A stretch of DNA of 64,000 nucleotides from Candidatus Poribacteria bacterium. Lineage in GTDB: Bacteria > Poribacteria > WGA-4E > PCPOR2b. A program made the position numbers and the translations under genes. Below are positions 19,182-27,377 of the stretch, piece after piece. The notes under the pieces are model-generated. The model was given only the letters and a program-made list of their open reading frames with translations. It was not told where the DNA came from and did no database searches. Positions within the stretch are counted from its first letter, which is position 1, and the number at the start of each line of letters is the position of its first letter. The stretch is from the NCBI GenBank assembly GCA_965208675.1, contig OZ242351.1, forward strand, positions 3,776,001-3,840,000. The letters run 5' to 3'.

Positions 19182-20388
19182 AACATGCATCACCCAATTC
19201 GTTTTTGCAACTGCGGTTATCGGCCTCGTTGCCGGGCTTTGCGGTTGCGATATAGTAGCTGAACTATTGACCCAAACCGACGACGGTTCTGATATTGAAG
19301 CCCCTGCTCGTATTGACATCGGCTTGATTGCGCCGCTCACGGGCGAGTACGCCGCGCCGTATGGTCTATCGATGGAGCGCGGTTTTAATCTTGCGCGCGA
19401 CGAAATCAATGGGCTGCCGAATAACCTACTTACGATTAATATCCTACCAGAGGATGATATGAGCACCCGAGACGGTATGGTATCCGCGTTTGAACGACTG
19501 ATTCAGGCGGGCGTTCCCGCTATTGTCGGAATCGCCATCTCGGAGCACGCGCAGCACGCTTTCCCGATAGCGCAAGAGAATCGGGTTGTGGTTTTCAGCT
19601 CCGTGTCAGCCGCCGCCGGTCTGAGCAGCATCGGGGATTACATCTTTCGCGCTGCCCTAGCTGTAGATAAGATGAATCCGGCGGGTGTCAACATCACACA
19701 TGAGGCGATTGGTTATGAAAACGCGGCAATGATATTTGACGACGCCGATCTCTACTCCACGAGCAGCTACGAACACTTGGCGGCGGCGCTTTTGAACCGC
19801 GGCGTGGATGTGTTGTTGACCGAGACGTACCAGTCCGGCGACACCGACTTCACAGCGCAATTGACCGCGATAATGGAAGCTAACCCGGACGCGCTCTTTG
19901 TTTCAGGTCTGGCTCCGGAAATCGTGAGCGTGGTGGTACAGGCACGGGAGATTGGCATTGAGGCGGATTATATCGTTCCGGAATTAGGCATAAACGATAT
20001 TCAACAAGCGGGCGCCGCGGCGGACGGCGTTATCACTTTCACCGGTTGGGATAGCTCAGTGGACAATCCGATAAATCATGCGTTTGTTGCCAGCTATCAA
20101 GCGGCATACGGCATCGCGCCCGACCCGTGGGCGGCTCAGTCATACGCAGCGCTTTACATCCTTTACAGCGCAATTTTAGAGGGGTCAATTTCAACGGAAT
20201 CTACAACGATTGCGGTTCCTGATTCTGCCGCGATTCGCGACGCTTTGGCTGCAGTGCAAGACTTCGGCACCAACCTAGGGCTCTTCTCATTTGACGCCGA
20301 GGGCGAGGCGCTTTACGAGCCGGTTGTGCTGACAATCAAGGACGGCAGTCTAATACCGTTCCGCGGCCCAGGAATCGCGTCGCCGTAA
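19174..20388 (+). CDS. ABC substrate-binding lipoprotein, LivJ family (paralog of 17268)
   Basis: Lipobox LCGC; IGLIAPLTG, FPIAQEN, GDTDFTAQL. Confidence 0.88.
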   Translation: MIRTCITQFVFATAVIGLVAGLCGCDIVAELLTQTDDGSDIEAPARIDIGLIAPLTGEYAAPYGLSMERGFNLARDEINGLPNNLLTINILPEDDMSTRDGMVSAFERLIQAGVPAIVGIAISEHAQHAFPIAQENRVVVFSSVSAAAGLSSIGDYIFRAALAVDKMNPAGVNITHEAIGYENAAMIFDDADLYSTSSYEHLAAALLNRGVDVLLTETYQSGDTDFTAQLTAIMEANPDALFVSGLAPEIVSVVVQAREIGIEADYIVPELGINDIQQAGAAADGVITFTGWDSSVDNPINHAFVASYQAAYGIAPDPWAAQSYAALYILYSAILEGSISTESTTIAVPDSAAIRDALAAVQDFGTNLGLFSFDAEGEALYEPVVLTIKDGSLIPFRGPGIASP

Positions 20389-20409
20389 TACGCCTTTTGG
20401 CAGTTTTTG

Positions 20410-20434
20410 GTGGGAGAGGCTTCCTAGCCTCGAT
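20410..20434 (+). repeat. REP-like palindrome GTGGGAGAGGCTTCCTAGCCTCGAT (6 copies)
   Basis: Copies at 20410, 23593, 26512, 36831, 44169, 48906, each followed by (T)TATCAAT or similar. Confidence 0.85.
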
Positions 20435-20706
20435 TATCAATCAGTCGATTTCTCCTTGTAAAAAATGAACCAAAATGACCATAACAAAGTGCTTTGGCTT
20501 ACGCTCCATCGTTCATATTTTCTAACGCAGTCAAACCATGTAACCCACACGGCGCATTGTCTATACCGCTCAACCGAACCTACAAATACTCATTACGATT
20601 TACGTTTTACTCACTTTGTGCGCACCGCAAAAACCATATCAAAAATCTGCCTGCCGAATCTGAACGAATTTAAGGCATATATTAAAGGAGTAATTAAGTA
20701 GACCAA

Positions 20707-21678
20707 ATGACCCGAGACGAAGCATTTCGCATTTTGGGGCTGGAATACAATGCGACACTAGACGATGCCAAGAAAGCCTATCGTGACCGCGTGAAAGTCA
20801 TGCACCCGGACAAGGATCCGTCGTCCGGTGCAAAACTACGCTTTATACTTGTCCAAAACGCATACGAAGTGATTACGAACCAACTTGTGAAAGACAAGCC
20901 TGCAAAGCAGGTTAGTACACGACCGGAAAGAGAACATCCGGCAAAGACACGAACGCACCACACGGATAGAGAAACCCATGCTGTTCGCTACTTTGAGCAC
21001 GGTGTACAAATGTATGAACTCGAGCAATATGCCGATGCAATTGCGGAGTTCGACGCTGCGATTCTATTTAATCCAAACTTTGCGGACGCCTGCTACGCCT
21101 GCGGCATCGCGAAATATGCTTCTAGACAATACGCCGCATCAATTCCAGACTTTGACGTCGCAATACGGCTTTATCCTAATTTTTTGGACGACTGCCATTA
21201 TTGGCGCGGTAGGGCAAAGTATAAGCTAAAACAATATTCCGCATCGCTGGCGGACTTCGACGCTGCAATAGGGCTTGAAGTTAACGTTTGTGCATACTAT
21301 TACTGGCGAAGTACGGCGAAGTTTAAGTTAGGACAATATGCCGCTAGTGTTCACGACTACGACGAGGTGATTCGCTTGGAACCGGATTATGTTGACGCCT
21401 ACTACTGGCGTGGTAGGGCGAAGTATGAGATAGGACATTATGCGGCTAGCGTTCACGACTACAACAAAGCGATACGAATGAAACCGGATTATGCCGACGC
21501 GTATTGTCATCGAGGTAGGGCGAAGTACGAGTTGGAACAATACGCCGAAGCTGTTCAGGACTTTGATGAGGCAATACGTCTGAGACCGGGTCTTAAGTAC
21601 GCTAGATACGGACGATTCAGAGCGAGGAATGAGTTGAAAAATGGGAACACCTCCTACACTGAGCCAGTTGATTGGTAG
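20707..21678 (+). CDS. J-domain (DnaJ-type) + TPR repeat protein
   Basis: AFRILGL..AKKAYR..HPDKD; about six 34-aa TPRs (AYYWRGRAKY.LGQYA.S..DYD.AI). Confidence 0.88.
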   Translation: MTRDEAFRILGLEYNATLDDAKKAYRDRVKVMHPDKDPSSGAKLRFILVQNAYEVITNQLVKDKPAKQVSTRPEREHPAKTRTHHTDRETHAVRYFEHGVQMYELEQYADAIAEFDAAILFNPNFADACYACGIAKYASRQYAASIPDFDVAIRLYPNFLDDCHYWRGRAKYKLKQYSASLADFDAAIGLEVNVCAYYYWRSTAKFKLGQYAASVHDYDEVIRLEPDYVDAYYWRGRAKYEIGHYAASVHDYNKAIRMKPDYADAYCHRGRAKYELEQYAEAVQDFDEAIRLRPGLKYARYGRFRARNELKNGNTSYTEPVDW

Positions 21679-21776
21679 AATCTCAGCGCACGCGCCAACG
21701 TGCCGCCGCTGTCCGCGTTGCGCTAGCAGAACTTTTGAAAATGACATAGCCTAACCAAGAACACAGGGAGAGAGTA

Positions 21777-22052
21777 ATGTCAAAATCAGATGGCGTTCCG
21801 ATTGGACAAACGCAGGAAGTTTTTCGCGCAATTGAATCGGGCAAAATACTAGAGAACGAGGAACTGTTCGGTCGTTTGGTGTGCTGGTGTTTCTATTGAT
21901 ATCAAGGCGTGCCGTTCGGCGTTCAAGAGGCGTGTCAGGAGGTCAAAAAGTGGACACGTGAAATAACTGAAAGCGTACAAAGTTATCCACAATTCTTCCA
22001 CAATGCGACTATTGCACTCCCCGACGCGCTTAAAAACAATCCTAAGGTCTAA
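21777..22052 (+). pseudogene. Small hypothetical gene with in-frame TGA at codon 41
   Basis: SD GGGAG, ATG 21777, TGA 21897-99; frame stays open 50 more codons to a TAA that abuts hairpin H10. Confidence 0.45.
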
Positions 22053-22053
22053 A

Positions 22054-22119
22054 TGACGGGCAGCTGGCGTTTTTTGGGGTATACAGCACCCCATCCTTTC
22101 CGCCAGCAAATGCCCGTCA
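22054..22119 (+). repeat. Hairpin H10
   Basis: TGACGGGCA-GCTGGCG...CGCCAGC-aaa-TGCCCGTCA-CCATAT. Confidence 0.85.
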
Positions 22120-22206
22120 CCATATTGCAGTTGTATTGAATTGTATTGGTTAAGGCGGTGAAATAAATGCCGATGTTGAAGCTATATCGAATAAGGAGGA
22201 TATAAG

Positions 22207-22329
22207 ATGAAAGTTTAGGACATGAAAGTTGACGAGTTTGATTATCGCATTAAGAAGATTGTTAAAGACGAGTCTAGGCTGTCTATTGATTCAGCGTTAG
22301 AGAGTAAACTGCTGAATGGGGTACCTTGA
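22207..22329 (+). pseudogene. Short ORF with TAG at codon 4
   Basis: Strong SD AAGGAGG then ATG AAA GTT TAG GAC ATG AAA GTT GAC GAG... Confidence 0.35.
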
Positions 22330-22448
22330 TAAATTTCGTCGAAAGCGCTGTGGATTTATCAATTCAAAAGCATGTTTCTGGTGATTAACAATCTATTCGC
22401 TTAATTTAATCGGTATGTAATCCTGAAAACAAAAAAAAAGGAGAAAAA

Positions 22449-23015
22449 ATGTTTCAACAAGTAATCGCCCGTTCTTTTTTGTGGTTAATCCCCCTTTTCG
22501 CGGTTCTCATTGTCGGAATCATCGCTTGTGGCGGTGACGAAGATGATGATACTGATGGACATGGTCATGAAAATGGTCATGAAAACGGTGATGTTAATGC
22601 TAATGATTGGGTTGGCACGTGGAAAATCGAAACCGTTGATGGTGAGGACTACGAGCAAGTCTTTGTAGAAAACTTAGAAGAAGAATTTGGAGAGGGCGTA
22701 AAAGTTTCCATTGTCGCCAACAGATACACGTTTAATAACGATGGCACACTAGAATCGGAATTTAAATTCAAGACGACAGGGAAAATAGGAGATGAAGACG
22801 TTTCTGGGACGCTTTCCCTTAAAGGAACGGGCACTTACGCCCTATCTGGCTCCAACTATACAATCACAGCCACACAGCGGGAAGAAGGAACTGGTTGGTT
22901 TGAAGGAGAGCAAGAAACCTGGACAGAGGATGAGTCCGGCACATGGTCAAGAGAGGGAAATTCCCTCACAATGAACAGCGATCAAGATGCTGTAGTTGTC
23001 TTGAAAAAGCAATAA
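22449..23015 (+). CDS. Lipoprotein, lipocalin-like beta-barrel (paralog of 44332)
   Basis: IIAC lipobox, WVGTWKIETVDG, GTW..EGN.LT. Confidence 0.75.
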   Translation: MFQQVIARSFLWLIPLFAVLIVGIIACGGDEDDDTDGHGHENGHENGDVNANDWVGTWKIETVDGEDYEQVFVENLEEEFGEGVKVSIVANRYTFNNDGTLESEFKFKTTGKIGDEDVSGTLSLKGTGTYALSGSNYTITATQREEGTGWFEGEQETWTEDESGTWSREGNSLTMNSDQDAVVVLKKQ

Positions 23016-23216
23016 GTAGGATCGGATGACATTAGACATCTTTCCAAAATCATTCCGCCGCCCGATAGCCCCAGCGGGGCGGCAGGTGTAAAACGACTAC
23101 CCTCACATTGGGCTAATACGCTGTAGGGGCAACCCTTGTGGTTGCCCTTAACGCTTCGGTTTTGTCAACCACATTGAGTTAAATAGGAAAGATGTCTATT
23201 GTAACTGCGCCGCCAG

Positions 23217-23495
23217 TAGACCCCGAATCCCCGTACTCGTTGCGGCGGATATTGGCATGGTAGATTCATTAACACGCGAGCGTTTTGGTCCGTATGGAGC
23301 GCCGATGCGGCGTGGATTTAATCTAGCGCGTGATGAGCCTAATCTTCCGATGGCGATAAACCTGATTCCGGCGGATGATATGCGCACGGCGCAAGAAATG
23401 ACAGAAGCATTTGAAAATCAGATTGAGATGGGTGTTCCCGCGATTCTAGGTATGGCGATATCGTCTTTTGTTCGGCAGGCTCTTCCGATAGCTCA
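23217..23495 (+). pseudogene. Fragment of a third LivJ-family binding protein
   Basis: PYGAPMRRGFNLARDE...GVPAILGMAIS...PIAQ matches the N-terminus of 19174; truncated just before a repeat element. Confidence 0.7.
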
Positions 23496-23745
23496 ACTTT
23501 TGTCGTTTGGGTTAAACGATCAACTGAGCGAATAGCGAAGGCGATAGTCTTACAGTCCTTACACCTAAATATCATCCATTTTCTATTAGTTTATGGGAGA
23601 GGCTTCCTAGCCTCGATTATCAATCAGTCGATCCATTCTTGTGTAGAATTGAACCGAAATGACTATATTTATTCAATCTGAGGCAATGCAGTTTGTCAAT
23701 TCGCCGCCGGCAGCAATTGGCTCAAGTTAATTCGGAGACTCTCAA

Positions 23746-26016
23746 ATGTCAAGCACACCTATCAAAAAGCAACCAATTGGTTTCATCTTTCTACTGTTAA
23801 TCTGTTTCTCAATGCCGTTAGATGCAAGCACCGTGCGTGTTCCTAGCGGCTGGCCGGGAGTCACTGTCACTGCCCCAGTATACCCCTTCCGCGAAAACAG
23901 ATCAGTGACGTGTAGCGTCAGTCCAAACAACGGGACTGCGACGGTATCTTGCCCAGACGTAACTAATCGCTGGGGCAACGCAAAGTTTACCTTGCTCTTT
24001 CATGAGAATGCCTGCGGCACATACAAAGTCAGATTGTGGACCGATACCCACCCCGAGACTTTTACTGAAATTACAGTAGTACATTATGAATCGTGCCCGA
24101 CTCCGCCAGCTCCGACACTGGAAAAAATCTCTGACGACAATCAGGTCACTGCACCCGGTGACAGCGTGATTTTCACCGTCGAATTTCAGAATTCGGACGG
24201 AAACCCCATACCGGACGTAGATTTGACCTTTTCTATTCAATCCGGAGACGAATCCAGCGCATCGTTGAATCCTGTGACGGCAACGACGGATGAAAATGGA
24301 CGCGCCGTGACGACGCTCACCCTCGGAACCGACGCAGCGGGCCAATACACCGTCAAAGCCTATCCAAGCGATATGCCCGACATCTATACAGAATTTACCT
24401 TAACCGTTGACCCCTCACTCCGGCGGGCGGCGCGATTGGAGAAATTATCCGGAGATAACCAGACGGGGCTCATCGGCAGCGTGTTGGCAAATCCATTTGT
24501 GGTCGAAGTCCGCGATCAAAATGGCGCCCCATTGGAAGGGGTACCGGTCACGTTTGCCGTCATCGCCGGGGTTGGCGCATTGAGCCGCCCAACTTCAACC
24601 ACAGACGCCGCTGGACAAGCCTCTGCCACGCTCACGTTTGGTGATAGCCCCGGCGAGGTTGCCGTGGAAGCGTCCGTCGCAGGAGTAGATGAGACGGTTG
24701 TGTTTACTGCTACAGCGACACCGTTGTTTCCCGAACCCGCATACATTGACACAATTGAAGCTGCAGCGAATCCGGGCGATACCGGGACACAGCGGGTATA
24801 CGGCGTCGCGTTCAGTCCGAACGGTGAAATGCTTGCCAGCGCGCACAAAGATAACATTGTCCGGTTGTGGGAGGTTGAAACGCGGGAACTCATACAGACG
24901 CTTGAGGGTCATCGGTTTTCGGTGCGCTCGGTCGCCTTCAGTCCGGACGGCAACATATTGGCGAGCGGCGGCATGGATGCCAGAGTGTTGTTATGGGACC
25001 TTGATACGGGGCGACTCAAACGAATTATCAGACCGGGCGGCACCGTCTGGGGCATAGCCTTCAGTCCTGACGGGAACACCCTGGCAACTGGGACAGAGTA
25101 TGGGCATGTATCCATTTGGGACATTTCCAATTTGAGAAGAGTTGTGCGTAAGCATCGCATACGCGCCCACTCGGTTCGCGCGTGGAGCGTTTCCTTCAAT
25201 CCGAACGGGGACATGCTTGCCAGTGCCGGCGGCGATGCGGTTGTCCGGCTGTGGAATCCTGAAACCGGTGAAATCACAAAGGAGCTCTCCGGACACGAGC
25301 AACACGTATTGAGCGTTGCGTTCGGAGGTGCCAACACGCTTGCCAGTGCCGGCGCGGATGGCAGCGTCCGGTTATGGAATCTCGAAACAGAATCAAGCCG
25401 TGTTCTTGATGGGCATACCGGCTGGGTGTTCAGCACGGCATTCCACCCGAATGGTGAATTACTTGCTAGTACGGGTAAGGATAATAGCGTCAGGGTTTGG
25501 GACGCGGCAGCGGGTACGCCGCTCCAAGTGTTGGAACGCCATTCAAACTGGGGCAGGAGTGTTGCAATTAGCCGGGGCGGGATACTTGCGAGCGGCGGTT
25601 ACGACAATATGATTCACTTGTGGGATTTGGGTGTAAAGTTGGACGATATGGAAGATACAGAAGACATAGAAGAAACGGAAGAAAACGCCGGAGGTGAAGA
25701 TACGGAAGATACGGCGCCGCAGCAGTCGGCTGAGCTACTGCCGAATTTCCCGAATCCGTTTAATCCTGAGACGTGGATACCGTACCATCTATCGAACAAT
25801 GCCGATGTGGGTATCTCGATATACGATTCCAAAGGTGAGTTAGTGCGCTGGTTGGATTTAGGGCATCAGGCAGCGGGATATTATACGGATCGGACGAAAG
25901 CCGCGTATTGGGACGGACGTAACAACATGGGTGAGCAGGTTGCAAGCGGCACCTATTTTTACCAGTTGACAACGCCGTCGTTCAATCAAACACGGCGGCT
26001 CGTCATTGTAAAATAG
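23746..26016 (+). CDS. Secreted protein: 2 Big_1-like Ig domains, WD40 propeller, C-terminal sorting domain
   Basis: Signal peptide; SGDNQ..TD..G.A..TL repeats; 7 WD repeats; PNFPNPFNPETWIPY tail. Confidence 0.85.
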   Translation: MSSTPIKKQPIGFIFLLLICFSMPLDASTVRVPSGWPGVTVTAPVYPFRENRSVTCSVSPNNGTATVSCPDVTNRWGNAKFTLLFHENACGTYKVRLWTDTHPETFTEITVVHYESCPTPPAPTLEKISDDNQVTAPGDSVIFTVEFQNSDGNPIPDVDLTFSIQSGDESSASLNPVTATTDENGRAVTTLTLGTDAAGQYTVKAYPSDMPDIYTEFTLTVDPSLRRAARLEKLSGDNQTGLIGSVLANPFVVEVRDQNGAPLEGVPVTFAVIAGVGALSRPTSTTDAAGQASATLTFGDSPGEVAVEASVAGVDETVVFTATATPLFPEPAYIDTIEAAANPGDTGTQRVYGVAFSPNGEMLASAHKDNIVRLWEVETRELIQTLEGHRFSVRSVAFSPDGNILASGGMDARVLLWDLDTGRLKRIIRPGGTVWGIAFSPDGNTLATGTEYGHVSIWDISNLRRVVRKHRIRAHSVRAWSVSFNPNGDMLASAGGDAVVRLWNPETGEITKELSGHEQHVLSVAFGGANTLASAGADGSVRLWNLETESSRVLDGHTGWVFSTAFHPNGELLASTGKDNSVRVWDAAAGTPLQVLERHSNWGRSVAISRGGILASGGYDNMIHLWDLGVKLDDMEDTEDIEETEENAGGEDTEDTAPQQSAELLPNFPNPFNPETWIPYHLSNNADVGISIYDSKGELVRWLDLGHQAAGYYTDRTKAAYWDGRNNMGEQVASGTYFYQLTTPSFNQTRRLVIVK

Positions 26017-26309
26017 CGGGATTTGCAGAGGATAGCGTAGTCAGACCAATCATTTTAACACAAGTTGCTAGACGATAAACCAAGCACCAGAGACTGGCAC
26101 ATTTGTCGGGAATTGGAATTCCCTCCTACAATAAGCGGGCGGTAGGAGCGATCTCCGAATCGCGACTGGCTGGACTACAGCCGTCTAGGTATTGAAGGTT
26201 GGAATCAACTGAGCGGATAGCGAAGGATCAACCGACCGAATAGGGAGGGCGATAGTCTTCAAGTCTTCGAGTCTTCACCTCCAGAACCGCTGAACCGACA
26301 AGAGGCAAA

Positions 26310-26349
26310 AAATTCTCCCCCTTTACAAGGGGGAGCTAGAGGGGGTACA
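26310..26349 (+). repeat. Palindromic repeat CCCCCTTTACAAGGGGGAGCTAGAGGGGG
   Basis: Copies near 26315, 39557 and 56688, plus an in-gene variant at 48113. Confidence 0.8.
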
Positions 26350-26419
26350 AAGATCGCCGGTAATCCAACTGAAGTTCCTCTAAGGGAATGCAGGCTATTT
26401 CTTCAGAGAATCAGTTTTT

Positions 26420-26687
26420 GTAGGTTGAGTTAAGCGATCAACTGAGCGGATAGCGAAGGCGATAGTCTTATAGTCCTTACACCTAATTATCATTCATTTA
26501 CCAATTGATCTGTGGGAGAGGTTTCCCAGCCTCAATAATCAATCAGTCGATTTCTCCTAATGCAAAAATGAAACGATATGAATATAACAAAAAGGTGTTG
26601 GGTTACGATCCATCAATCACATTTTCTTTCGCAATCAAACCGTGTAATGCACGCGGCACATTGTCTACACCGCTTAACCCAACCTAC
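26420..26687. repeat. REPIN/MITE-like element bounded by inverted GTAGGTTGRGTT(A/G)AGCG ends
   Basis: GTAGGTTGAGTTAAGCG ... CGCTTAACCCAACCTAC; contains a nested 23-bp unit and a GTGGGAGAGG repeat. Confidence 0.75.
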
Positions 26688-26728
26688 AAAAACTGATAAC
26701 CTTACGCGAAGAAAGAAAAGGCGGAATC

Positions 26729-26992
26729 ATGAAATACCTAAGATTGGTAACCCTACTTCTCGTTGTGTTTGTATTCTCAGGCTGTTTCCCCGGTGACGCT
26801 GCTCCTTACGAACGCGCCGGCTTTTTCAGCGGAGTTTGGCACGGCTTGATTTGCGTCTTCACCTTAATCGCCAGCTTCTTCACAGACGTGGGCATCTACG
26901 AAGTAAACAACAACGGGCGGTGGTACGAATTCGGATACATCGTCGGAGTTTTTCTTGTTTTTGTATTGGTTGGCTTTGGAAGTTCAACCTAG
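26729..26992 (+). CDS. Small membrane lipoprotein
   Basis: FSGC lipobox; AGFFSGVWHGLI...IYEVNNNGRWYEFGY, hydrophobic segments. Confidence 0.75.
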   Translation: MKYLRLVTLLLVVFVFSGCFPGDAAPYERAGFFSGVWHGLICVFTLIASFFTDVGIYEVNNNGRWYEFGYIVGVFLVFVLVGFGSST

Positions 26993-27036
26993 CAATTTCG
27001 ACTATTACGACCAACTCCTGCCGGCGAACAGTATTT

Positions 27037-27326
27037 GTAGGTTGGGTTGAACGGATAAACCCAAATCCGTAACGATGGCATATTGCCGGTCGGAACATTC
27101 AAACAACACCCTTGGCAGAATAGGTGTAGCGTAACCCAACGATCAACCGAGTGAATAACGATTGCGAGGACATTCTCCGAAACCGCCACCGTTCAACGAC
27201 ACGATTCAAATTAAACAAAAAGTGTTCGGTTACGCTCCATCAATCATTTTGTCCAACCCAATCTAATCACTTAAAGCAAGCGGCATATTTAAAATTTTGT
27301 TGCCTACATCGCTTAACGCAACCTAC
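27037..27326. repeat. REPIN/MITE-like element
   Basis: GTAGGTTGGGTTGAACG ... CGCTTAACGCAACCTAC. Confidence 0.75.
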
Positions 27327-27377
27327 AAAACTATTCCCCAATCAACCGTGGGACCATGAATACATTAATCAGATTGC

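Noticed and set aside
21897-21930. Selenocysteine TGA with SECIS
   Set aside because: Only a 3-4 bp stem follows and there is no recognisable selenoprotein motif.
15274-22119. Hairpins as integron attC sites or intrinsic terminators
   Set aside because: No RYYYAAC/GTTRRRY cores and no integrase in the window; loops are mostly 25-50 nt and there are no consistent 3' U-tracts.
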